Positions 11,687 to 22,100 of a stretch of 64,000 nt of DNA are shown here, one piece after another. A model generated the notes under the pieces. That model worked only from the letters and a program-made list of their open reading frames with translations, did not search any database and was not told the DNA's origin. The stretch covers positions 416,001 to 480,000 of the forward strand of contig CAWKHF010000001.1 of NCBI GenBank assembly GCA_963849325.1, written 5' to 3'. The stretch comes from an uncultured Planctomycetota bacterium. GTDB taxonomy: Bacteria; Planctomycetota; Planctomycetia; Gemmatales; Gemmataceae. Made by a program: the position numbers and the translations under genes. Every line of letters starts with the position of its first letter. The first letter of the stretch is position 1.

Positions 11687-13991
11687 TCGCCCGCGGCGAA
11701 CAACTCGCACAGCGCCTCCAAGGTCGAGCGCGAGACGTGCATATCGTATCGGATGTTACCCTGACCGTGGACGCTCCAGCGCATGCTCTGGAGAGCTTGC
11801 CGGACCTGCGCCAGCGCGTCCGACTTCTTTCGTAACCTGGGATATTTTCTCTCCAGGGAGTCGATTCCTTGCCGCCGCCACTTTTCGAGATCCTGCAAGA
11901 GGAGGTTCACATTCGCCCCATCCACGTGCGGGTTCAGCGACAGGAGGAAGCCATCGCCTTCCTTCTGGATGTGGAGAACGAAGGTGCGCGGACACACCCG
12001 AAGCTGGAGAGTCTCGATCAGCATCTTACGCCATTCGGTGGGGATTTCGCCGAGGAAAAAACCATAGGCATCCAAGGGGATACTGCTCAGGGCGCTCTTG
12101 ATCCAGGGAGGATTGTAGCCGGCCGGAAGGGGTGTTGCCGACGAGACCTGCTCGAGTATCTTCCGATGCTGAGACGTTCTGGCGTCCCGAGCCAGAGAGG
12201 CGGCCAGGTACGCCCGCTGGTCATCGAGGATCTTCACAGCGAAAGACAGTTCGGGACCGCTGACGCGAACCGGCCCGTTGGCCGCCAACCGCGCATCCAG
12301 TTCCTCGACCCGCACGCTTTCTCCGGCATTACGGCGGATAAAGTCGATGATCCGCTTGTGGCCGTCCAGCGCCGTCCCGGAGACGTGGACGATCACACGG
12401 CGATCCTCAGAATTCGTCCCCTCGTAGTAGCCCAGGACGATACCGCGGAAATCGAGGCGTCCCAGGTTCTCCGACGTCAGCGGCTCGACCGTTCGGCCCC
12501 TCATGAACAAGCGGAGCAAGGCTTGCGTGCGAGCGTCGCCGAGAGTAAGGGCTTCCTGATCCGGGAGCTGGATGGCGCCGAAAAGAGTCGCCCCGGAGGG
12601 GAGCCAATTCAGCTCGTCCTTCGCCATCGCCCTTATGCCCCCAGGCACACGCGCTTCCGACGTTGACTGGACAGGCGGGGCGATATACCGGCTTTCGCGA
12701 ATCGCAAAAAAAGACACGAAAAGAGCAAAAAGGAACAGCAGCATCAAGGCCGCACCTCCGCAGGTAATCCGCACCCCGCGCCGAAGCTTCCCACCAGCGC
12801 GGGGCGCGGCCCGAACGGCGGCGGCACCGCGCGCCACCTGGATCACCGCCGAGCCTTCCTCGACGTGAAACGGCTTGCCGCACTCCTCGCAATGGACGAT
12901 GGTCCCCACCATTGCCTCGGGGACGTGCAAGCTGGCGCCGCAGGTCGGACAGAGGGTCACACTCGTCGGCAGTCCGGCCTCGGCGACCGGCGGCGGCACG
13001 AAGGCCGCACCCTGGAGCGCGGCGAGATGTCGGCTGAGCACGTCCACCACCTCGGCGGCCGACGAAAAGCGCTCGGCCGGCTCCTTGGCCATCAGCTTGT
13101 TCACGACGGCGGCCAGCCAATCGGGCACCTCGGGATTGGTCTCGCGGATGGGCGCGGCGCGTCCTCGGAGACGCGGCGGAGCACGGCCAAGGTGTTGACG
13201 GCCCGAAACGGCGGTCGGCCGGTACACATCGTATACAGGACGCTACCGAGGCTGAACAAATCGGCGCGATGGTCCATCGCTTCGCCGTGCGCCTGCTCCG
13301 GGGCCATGTACAAGGGCGAGCCGGCGACGAAGCCGCTCTGCGTCAGGCTGGCGTCGTCCATCGCTCGCGCCAGGCCGAAGTCGGTGATCTTGACGCGCTG
13401 CACACCCTCTTCGAGCAGAATGTTGGCCGGCTTGATGTCGCGGTGAACGATGCCGTGGCCGTGCGCCGCCGCCAGGCCGGAGGCCGTCTGCATGCCGATG
13501 CGGAGGATGTCCGCCAGTTCGAGCGGCCCGTCCTTGTCGATGCGCTGTTGCAGCGACAGGCCGGCGACGTATTGCATGACCAGGTAGGGCAAGCCGTTGG
13601 CCTCGTCCACGGCATGGATGGTGACGATGTGGTCGTGCGTCACGGCGGCGGCGGCCTTGGCCTCGCGCAGGAAGCGTTTGCGGGCGACGCCGCTGGTCGC
13701 CAACTGCGGCGCCAGCACCTTGATGGCCACGACGCGATGCAGCGTCGGATCGAACGCTTTCAGCACCACGCCCATGCCGCCGCGGCCGATCTCCTCCAGC
13801 ACTTCATAGCGTTCCAGTCGGCCGAGCTGTCCCGGCTTGTCGGACGGACTGAGGAAACCGAGAGGCAGGTCGGCGGCAGAACGACGGCTCATCGCGCGTT
13901 GCCTCGTTCCGTTTTCCTCTTTCAGTCTCTCCATGAGTTTTTGCAAGGCCGGCTCAGGGGAGGGCGGCCGTTCGCTCAGCTTGCTGGCCAT
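11683..13991 (-). CDS. Hanks-type Ser/Thr protein kinase with Zn-ribbon, TM helix and C-terminal domain (frameshift near 13160)
   Basis: GRGGMGVV, VAIK, HRDIKPAN, DFG, YMAPE and DLFSLG motifs; CPTC/CEEC. Confidence 0.9.
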
Positions 13992-14784
13992 CCCCGGCCA
14001 GGAATGATCGTCCCGCCGTCAGTCCTTCCACGCGATGCTGGCAGGCCGTGCAGAGTTCCAGATGGGCGGTCAGCCGTGTCTGCTCTCCGAGAAGGCAGAC
14101 GCTCGGCCAGCAGATCTTTCAGACGGCCGACAGAGGGACAGGCGGACGGGCCGTTTGCCCGGATGATGCCGAGCCGGATCGAGCCAGAACGCCCCCCAGA
14201 CGAACAGAACGAAGTGTCCAGAACTGAGGAGAAAATAAAATCGCGAGGAGTTCCGAAGCGAGTGTCCTGGGGCGTGCCTTCAAGGCCGCCAGTACCATGA
14301 ACGGATCAGCAGAACCGCCGGCAGAGGGAGACCAGGAGCAAGTACAGAGCCGGAAGTACGGCGAGGCGAAGGGGAGTCCACCAGCAAGTCTTTTACGCGG
14401 CCAGACGGGCGAGGACGGGCACCGCGCGCTACGGCCGCGAGGCGGGCCGGAGCAACCGCGTTATCCCCCAGACGAAGAGTAAGCTAATGCCGGCGAGAAG
14501 GAAAAAAATCCAGAACATCCACCTCAGGGCACGGATAACTCACGATCCCGTAGGGCAGTAACGCCCGAACAGAGCACGAGCAGGGGCCAACAGCAAGACA
14601 GGCACCGATTGCAGGACCTTGCGCGAGAGGCGGCGGGTGCGGACAGACAGAAGTTACCGCCCCGACGAGTCCCAGCAGCAACAGCAGTCAAAGAGACCCT
14701 AAACTGACAGCCATGACTCCCCTCCCTATCTTCATTTCCGGACTTCCGCAGCGCGATGTTCCTGCGCTCGCTAGAGCTCCGCTG

Positions 14785-15387
14785 CTAAACTGATTCGTCG
14801 AGCGTTTCGCGGATGAGTTCCTTCAAGCGGGCCATCACCCGCCCCTTGGCGAGATAGACGGCGGCCACGCTCATGCCCAGGGATTTTCGCAACCGCCGGG
14901 CCGGTCTTGCCCTCGACGGCGGTTTGCCAGAATGCCTGCCAGGTCGATTCCGAGAAGTGGCCGCGCACCTGCTCGGCGGCCCAGGCGAAGACCCGCTGCT
15001 CATACTCCTGGTCCCACCATGCCGGTTGATCTTCCTCCGGGCGGGCAATTCCTGGAGCCGGTGCTGGGCGTCGCTGTCGCCGCTGCCGCGTCCGGGGCGT
15101 TTCTGGGCGGCGAAGAAGTTGCGCAGCTTGTTCCGCACCACGGTGAACAGCCAACCGCGGAAGGAGCCGCGCCGCGGGTCGTAGTCGAGCCGGCGAATGC
15201 CGCCCGAAACAGCTTGCAGAACGTCCTGCGTCAGGTCGGCCGCATCGGCGTCCTGCAGTCCATGCTTCCGCGCAAAGCCGTAGACCAGCGGGGCATACAG
15301 CTCCACGAACTGCGACCACGCACCGTCATCGCGGGCGTCGCACAGACGGACCAGCAGGCTGAGCCGGGTGGCTGGCGCGTCGCTCAT
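14785..15387 (-). CDS. ECF sigma factor (kinase-associated type), frameshifted
   Basis: TRLSLL...AWSQFVELY...DAADLTQDV...GSFRGWL...LGMSVAAVYLAKGRV. Confidence 0.9.
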   Translation of the reverse strand: MSDAPATRLSLLVRLCDARDDGAWSQFVELYAPLVYGFARKHGLQDADAADLTQDVLQAVSGGIRRLDYDPRRGSFRGWLFTVVRNKLRNFFAAQKRPGRGSGDSDAQHRLQELPARRKINRHGGTRSMSSGSSPGPPSRCAATSRNRPGRHSGKPPSRARPARRLRKSLGMSVAAVYLAKGRVMARLKELIRETLDESV

Positions 15388-15545
15388 GCGGCAAATCCCT
15401 CCCTCTACAAGTACCGGCGATCGGCGATACCTTATCGCGCTGCGCGCGAATTTTTTTCGATTGTCGGTTCATCGGAGGGCGGTCGAGAGGATCACAAACC
15501 GCAAGGAGGCAGTGGAGAAAAAGGATTCGCCAGGGCAAAAGTTCG

Positions 15546-15854
15546 TCATGCGTCGGATTTGGGCAAGAGTATGGGAAGTGCTCCTACGATCACCAGCCGT
15601 CTTTCCTGGTAAAGGCCGTAACGCATGGTCAAGGGGCGGACAAACCCGATGCGAACTTGACCCTCCTCGCCTTCCAGATCGTACAAGGCTTCCCCAAACT
15701 GAGGGTAGATGCGTAGGCGGCGGTCGAATTCTTTGACGGCGGCGAGAAATGCTTCGCCATCGCCGCGAGTTGTTGCTCGGTCACCCAACACCCGAAGTTC
15801 TTGCAGAACTTGAGCGGAATACACTACGCCGTAAGGAGTCGCGGCATCACTCAC
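15546..15854 (-). CDS. Putative RelE/ParE-like toxin
   Basis: About 100 aa, Y-x-V-x-YS start and P-x-FGE motif; overlaps the upstream small gene. Confidence 0.5.
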   Translation of the reverse strand: MSDAATPYGVVYSAQVLQELRVLGDRATTRGDGEAFLAAVKEFDRRLRIYPQFGEALYDLEGEEGQVRIGFVRPLTMRYGLYQERRLVIVGALPILLPKSDA

Positions 15855-16281
15855 GTCCCCTTACCCTCTGCTCCAGCTCATCGATAAAGTCTTCCAGCCG
15901 CAAGCCGCCCGTTTGCTCAATTTCCCGCACACCGGCGAGAAATTCTTCCTTGTTAAAAGTCCGGCGCGCCCACTCCATTATCTCCGGTGGAACCGGCTCG
16001 GACTCCGGAGCGTAGTGGCGGTGCGCCCATTCCCGCAACTCCACCACCTCCGGCGAATAAAGCTGCGGGTGGGATGCTCGCTGCGCCTCGACCTCGGACT
16101 CGCGCGTGCGAGCCACGACGTAGGTGAAGATGGCCCGCTGCTCCGGCGATTCGCCCTGGCCATTGAGCGTAGCCGTCAGTCGAAGCACCTGCGCGTCCAG
16201 ATCGCGGGCAGATAGGTTCAGCTGCTTGCGTGCCTCGGCCGGCGTCAAACGCATCAACACGTCGAGAAACTCGGCGTTCAT
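15847..16281 (-). CDS. Putative antitoxin partner
   Basis: Acidic C-terminus (TGGLRLEDFIDELE), translationally coupled to the toxin-like gene. Confidence 0.45.
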   Translation of the reverse strand: MNAEFLDVLMRLTPAEARKQLNLSARDLDAQVLRLTATLNGQGESPEQRAIFTYVVARTRESEVEAQRASHPQLYSPEVVELREWAHRHYAPESEPVPPEIMEWARRTFNKEEFLAGVREIEQTGGLRLEDFIDELEQRVRGRE

Positions 16282-16395
16282 GATGGAATACCCTCCTTCT
16301 CGCGGCGAAGAGGACTTGCCCTGGCAAGCAACTATTATAACCCCCCGACGGGGCCGATGCGAAGCGGAAGGCGAGAATTGAACGATCACGTACTC

Positions 16396-16417
16396 GCCAG
16401 AATGTGCATAATGTCGC
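16396..16417. repeat. att core copy 1 (displaced original 3' end of the ychF-family gene)
   Basis: GCCAGAATGTGCATAATGTCGC is identical to 56428-56449; the minus strand at 16416..16386 reads DIMHILAST-stop. Confidence 0.9.
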
Positions 16418-16529
16418 GCTAGATTTTTCATATCGCTTCTGTTGTCTTGTACTTACGTCATGCGAAGAATGGTAATGGACACGGAATTCTCCACGGAATG
16501 GTCTTTTACCTCTGTACGGGAGAACACGC

Positions 16530-16968
16530 ATGGCCAGACGCGCAAACGTGCGATATTGGGAGAGCCGAAAGGCATACTGCTGCTGCTTCCGGGGCAAGCA
16601 GCATACCCTCGCCGAGGGACCGGACGATTTCCCCAATGGCCCGACCTACCAAGCGGCCCTTCGCAAGTTCTCGGAGATCACCGCCCTCGCCGACGCCGAC
16701 GTCGCCAAAGATCAGAAACTCTTGTCGCGTCGTTTGCGAGATGTATCCGCGTTGGATTTCTAGCCGCCGTCATCAACTCCCCGTCAAAATCCGCCAGAAA
16801 ATCTATGTCGCCTTCACCGACGCCCTCGGCGAGGTGATGGTGAAAGATTTGACGCAGCACATGGTCTATGGATGGTTCGACCAGATGCGCCAATGGCGTA
16901 GGCATCCAGGCACCGGCCATCAAACCCGGTGGACGGATGGCAGCGTGCGTAATGCCTGCACCAGCTGA
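16530..16968 (+). pseudogene. N-terminal remnant of a tyrosine integrase
   Basis: MARRANVRYWESRKAYCC arm-binding-like N-terminus and core-binding-like helices; frameshifted, ends before any catalytic domain. Confidence 0.6.
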
Positions 16969-16974
16969 GAGGCA

Positions 16975-17450
16975 CGAACCGAATGTGGCGGCACGTTTGT
17001 AACGTGCCGTACAATCCAACACGTTGAAAACGTGTTGCCACATTTTGGTAGGGCCTGTTGGCAAGCCGAAGTGCTTCGGTGAAGTAACGGTTGAAGTCAC
17101 GTTCTAGACGCTTCAGGTAGCCGGTAATCGTCGGTTGGCTCCTTTTCATCCTCAAGGCAATGGTCTTTTGCCGAAATTCAACGGAGTTTTCTTGCTCGCA
17201 GAGATCGCCGATGAGGGCGAGAGCGATCAGGGCGTCGTGAAGTTGGGGAGAGATTTTCCGGATAATTCGGACGAAGCCGGGCGTTTGTTCTACTACCAGG
17301 GGCTTGTCGGCCACAGTCTCCGATGGCGGTTGCGACTCAGTCGGAGCAATTTCCCCGAGGGTCCAGGCGGCATCGCGGCGGACAGATTCGGCGTGGTCGG
17401 CCAAAGCAACGGTGAGCGCCGGCAAGGCCTCGCGGGCGGCCGGCCCGATC
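16975..17450 (-). pseudogene. Mosaic of gene fragments (HEAT-repeat piece plus HTH piece)
   Basis: LADHAESVRRDAAWTLGEI (HEAT-like) followed by QKTIALRMKRSQPTITGYLKRL (HTH-like). Confidence 0.4.
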
Positions 17451-17688
17451 CTGCGTTGACCCAGCGCATCGCTTCCGCAGTGGTCAGGAAGTCCCCGCGC
17501 GCCACCGCCGCCTCGCCGAGGGCGCCCCAGTAGGCGTCCTCGATCGCCTGCAAATGCTCGTACTCGTCGCGGGAGAGGAACACCCCCACGGGCTTGCTGC
17601 CGCCCAGCACCTCGATGGGCTCGTCGCGCACCCGATCGACGAACTCGCCGAAGTGAGTCTTGAAATCCGTTGAGTTGACTTGACGCAT
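17450..17688 (-). pseudogene. Phd/YefM antitoxin, 3' end lost or fused
   Basis: MRQVNSTDFKTHFGEFVDRVRDEPIEV...KPVGVFLS..EYE pattern. Confidence 0.7.
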
Positions 17689-17781
17689 AAATACCTGTGA
17701 GACGGTTGATTGATGTGATTGACGTGAGAAGCGTACATCAAGCGAGCCGTCGTCTCCCGCCACAATGTATCCCGCTCCTGG

Positions 17782-18027
17782 GTGGAGGAACGCATCTTGC
17801 GGGTGTTCTCCGAGCTTGTGCCGTTCGACCGCGAGCAGGCTTATCTCTGCGGTGCCCTGGAAACGGTCACACGCCCCAAGGGTCTGTCGCTGGGCGACCG
17901 TGCCTGCCTCGCCGCCGGCATCTTGCACGGCTGGCCCGTCCTCACCTGCGAATCCAGATGGAAGGAGATCGATTGGAAAGCCCACGGCTACAACCTGAAG
18001 ATTCACCTGATCCGGGAGAAGAAATCG
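17782..18027 (+). pseudogene. VapC/PIN toxin C-terminal fragment
   Basis: GLSLGDRACLA...PVLT motif; N-terminal DAS motif absent. Confidence 0.7.
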
Positions 18028-18520
18028 TGCGCGTCCCTTCCCTCATTCCGCAACCCAAGGCCGGAGCCTTGCCCGCCCTCATTGCGTCAGCCGGACCCGC
18101 CGCCGGCTTCGCCTGGGGCGAGTTCTTCGGCGCCAGCCTCCGCAACCGCCACACCCGCGCCGCTACCTCCACGCCGTGCGGCAATTCCTGCACTGGTTCG
18201 CGCCGCAGGGCGTCGCCCTGCACGACATCACCCCGGCCCTCGTTGGCGCCTATTTCGACAAGCACACCGGCAGCCCCCCGACCCGCAAGCTGCGCCTGGC
18301 GGCGCTGCGCCGCCTGTTCGACCTCTTCGTCACCCGTCACCTGATGGTGCTCAACCCGGCCGCGTCAGTTCGCGGCGAGCGCTACCAGGTCATCGAGGGC
18401 AAGACCCCGGAAATCACTCTCGACCAGGCGCGCACCCTGCTCCTTTCCATCAATAAGCTGACGACGGTTGGCCTGCGCGACCGGGCAATCGTGGCCGTAT
18501 TGCTGTTCACGGCGGCTCGG
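18028..18520 (+). pseudogene. Tyrosine recombinase, truncated at the first catalytic Arg
   Basis: EFFGASLRNRHTR...LNPAASVRG...EGKTPEI...GLRDRAIVAVLLFTAAR, then abuts IS630 sequence. Confidence 0.8.
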
Positions 18521-19181
18521 GGTGAGCCGCGAGCGGCCGCGTGTACAGATCACAGACCTCTTGGACCTGGGCGGCGAAAGCCGCATCGCGGGGCACCTTG
18601 GGGGACAGCCACAAGTGGTGGCGCCACGGCTGGAGCCGGTGGTTGTTCAAGATCCGGCCGACGGTGTCGGCCGAGATGCTCTCGACCAAACCGTCGTTGA
18701 CCAGTTGGCGGGCCAGTTCCTGGCAATCCCACTGGGCCAGCGAGCGGCCGTAGCGATCGGGCCGTTCGCAGGCGACCTTAACCAGATGCAGCGCGACCTC
18801 GGGGGGAAAAGACCGGCCGGCGTCCGCGCCCCGGTTGGTCGTCTCAGCCCCGCGGTCCCCTGTCCGAGGAAGCGGCGCACCCACTTGCGGGCGTTGTTGG
18901 GCGCCAGGCCGGCGATCTGGGCGGCCTCCGTCACGGAGCGGCCCTCGCTCAAGGGCAGGATCAGTCGCCCCCGGCGAACGAGACCTGCGGGGAGGGTGGT
19001 GGAGCGCTGCCAGCGCAGCCGTTCCGCTCGTTGGGGATCGGTTAATTCTACGGAGAACATTTTCTTGCGGCCGCGCATGGGAACACCGGGGAAAGAAAGC
19101 CTGGAATGCTCGTAACCCCGATTGTCCTTCTTGCCCAGCTGATGTCAATTAGCGCTGCTTTCAATGCCTAGCTGTACTTAG
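18520..19181 (-). mobile_element. Truncated IS630-family element
   Basis: HTH ORF (18647..19078) shifting at TTTTCCCCCC into ...ISADTVGRIL...PWRHHLWL; DDE domain deleted; end motif CTGTACTTAG at 19172-19181. Confidence 0.8.
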
Positions 19182-22100
19182 GAGTTTGCGTGCTTCAATG
19201 CGGCCACGGCCCGAAGACCGTGGAGAACTTCCACCCTGGGGAGAAATGAGAGGGGCAGTCCGAGCTTCAATGCGGCCACGGCCCGAAGACCGTGGAGAAC
19301 GAGCACTGGTTCCATCCGTCCTTGGGGAGGTCTAGCGCTTCAATGCGGCCACGGCCCGAAGACCGTGGAGAACCAAGGGCCTAGCCTTCCACGATCCGCA
19401 AGAGGTCTGGCTTCAATGCGGCCACGGCCCGAAGACCGTGGAGAACGATTATGGCTGCGGACGGGAGAGGCGTCGGCCCGTTAAGCTTCAATGCGGCCAC
19501 GGCCCGAAGACCGTGGAGAACATGTGGCAGAGCGGCTTGGTCTCGCACTCCATAAGTGGCTTCAATGCGGCCACGGCCCGAAGACCGTGGAGAACGCTGA
19601 GCGTCCATCACGATTGTCGGCGCTGTACACCGGTGGCTTCAATGCGGCCACGGCCCGAAGACCGTGGAGAACAGCGGAGTGAGAGCGGCTGCCATCGTGG
19701 CCGGCGATCGCTTCAATGCGGCCACGGCCCGAAGACCGTGGAGAACCGTCTTTGAGCTGCTCTCCTCGCGGACATGACGTGCTTCAATGCGGCCACGGCC
19801 CGAAGACCGTGGAGAACGCCACATGACGACTTTTTGCTGCGTAGTCTTCAGTGCTTCAATGCGGCCACGGCCCGAAGACCGTGGAGAACGACCTACAACG
19901 CGACGACGATGGAATTCGGTCAGTGCAGCTTCAATGCGGCCACGGCCCGAAGACCGTGGAGAACAAGACCGCCGAGGACGGACTCGGCTGGAGCAAGAGG
20001 GCTTCAATGCGGCCACGGCCCGAAGACCGTGGAGAACGAAAGGAAGTCCCACGGCGCATGACGCAACCCACGAAGCTTCAATGCGGCCACGGCCCGAAGA
20101 CCGTGGAGAACCGGCTATCCGAGGAGGACCTACCTCTGGAGCCGATGGCTTCAATGCGGCCACGGCCCGAAGACCGTGGAGAACCTCACGACGAGAGAGG
20201 AGCTTGCCCCAGGACATCGCCATGCTTCAATGCGGCCACGGCCCGAAGACCGTGGAGAACTTGATAGCTGGCACCCCATGCGTTCTTTCACGAGACTGGT
20301 GCTTCAATGCGGCCACGGCCCGAAGACCGTGGAGAACAACTCGCACACCTAGAATGATTCAGCCGAGGACGTGTGCTTCAATGCGGCCACGGCCCGAAGA
20401 CCGTGGAGAACCGGACCGAGTGACGGCACTCCTGATAACCTCGTCGGCGAGCTTCAATGCGGCCACGGCCCGAAGACCGTGGAGAACGGGGCTCACAAGC
20501 CACAAATCAGGCAGGCCATGTCCGCTTCAATGCGGCCACGGCCCGAAGACCGTGGAGAACCAACTGACTGGGCGTCGGGCGACTTCAAGACGCTGAGGGT
20601 GCTTCAATGCGGCCACGGCCCGAAGACCGTGGAGAACCCTAGCACTCGTCGCATCCACCTGGCACTGAGCTTCAATGCGGCCACGGCCCGAAGACCGTGG
20701 AGAACTATCTCGGCCGGCGTCGGCATTTCGCGACTGCCATGCTTCAATGCGGCCACGGCCCGAAGACCGTGGAGAACAAATCCTCGGAGGCAACATATAC
20801 ACTCGAACTGGATAGCTTCAATGCGGCCACGGCCCGAAGACCGTGGAGAACCCGGCCGTGGCGGCTAACCGTCGTCCGGCCAAGCTTCAATGCGGCCACG
20901 GCCCGAAGACCGTGGAGAACGGGAAGTGCGCCGAGTGAGGTTGTGCCCTCGACAAGGCTTCAATGCGGCCACGGCCCGAAGACCGTGGAGAACAGGCCAT
21001 CCTACGCTTCTTCCACCTTGGCCAAGGCAGCTTCAATGCGGCCACGGCCCGAAGACCGTGGAGAACCACGCTGACCGGCCTGTTCCGGCGGCGGGGATGA
21101 CAGCTTCGATGCGGCCACGGCCCGAAGACCGTGGAGAACGGCAAGAACTGTGATCCTCAAATAGCTTTGGCAAGAGCTTCAATGCGGCCACGGCCCGAAG
21201 ACCGTGGAGAACCCAGTATTGGATAACCTGAAGAGAGTTTGATTTCCCGCTTCAATGCGGCCACGGCCCGAAGACCGTGGAGAACCTTTAGCTGGCGGAG
21301 ACTCACTGTCCTGCCTCCGAAGCTTCAATGCGGCCACGGCCCGAAGACCGTGGAGAACGAGATTTCAGCTATCTCTTTTGCGTGCGCAGCTCCTGGCTTC
21401 AATGCGGCCACGGCCCGAAGACCGTGGAGAACTCTCCTCGGGCTGGAGCAGCCCTTGCCCACGCAGGCGCTTCAATGCGGCCACGGCCCGAAGACCGTGG
21501 AGAACCTATCACAAGGAAGCCGTCGTCACGCTCGGCAAGGAGCTTCAATGCGGCCACGGCCCGAAGACCGTGGAGAACTCCTCGCTCGCCGCCGTCGGCA
21601 ACACGGCCGACACGCTTCAATGCGGCCACGGCCCGAAGACCGTGGAGAACAGGTCAGTCGGAGAACCGCAAACGGCGCAGGGAACTTGGCTTCAATGCGG
21701 CCACGGCCCGAAGACCGTGGAGAACGCCGTCTCGGGCAGCGGATTTCCGCGAGAGCGTGGTGCTTCAATGCGGCCACGGCCCGAAGACCGTGGAGAACCT
21801 TCGCCGAAAAGGGCACAACCGCCTGGGCCGATTGGGCTTCAATGCGGCCACGGCCCGAAGACCGTGGAGAACGCCTGTGCTGAGGCCAGGCTGGAGAAAC
21901 CAATGAGAGCTTCAATGCGGCCACGGCCCGAAGACCGTGGAGAACGAGAAATGCGCCGAGTGCGGTTGTCCCCTCGACAAGGCTTCAATGCGGCCACGGC
22001 CCGAAGACCGTGGAGAACTGAAGATGGGCGTGGTCCTAAGTCGGCAAGGAAACATTGCTTCAATGCGGCCACGGCCCGAAGACCGTGGAGAACTCGTAGG

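Noticed and set aside
13992-14714. ~720 bp between the ECF sigma gene and the kinase
   Set aside because: It looks like decayed coding sequence with stops; no family or RNA structure could be supported.
19157-19168. GCTTTCAATGCC as a degenerate terminal CRISPR repeat
   Set aside because: It lies within the IS630 end, lacks the hairpin and is out of register with the array.
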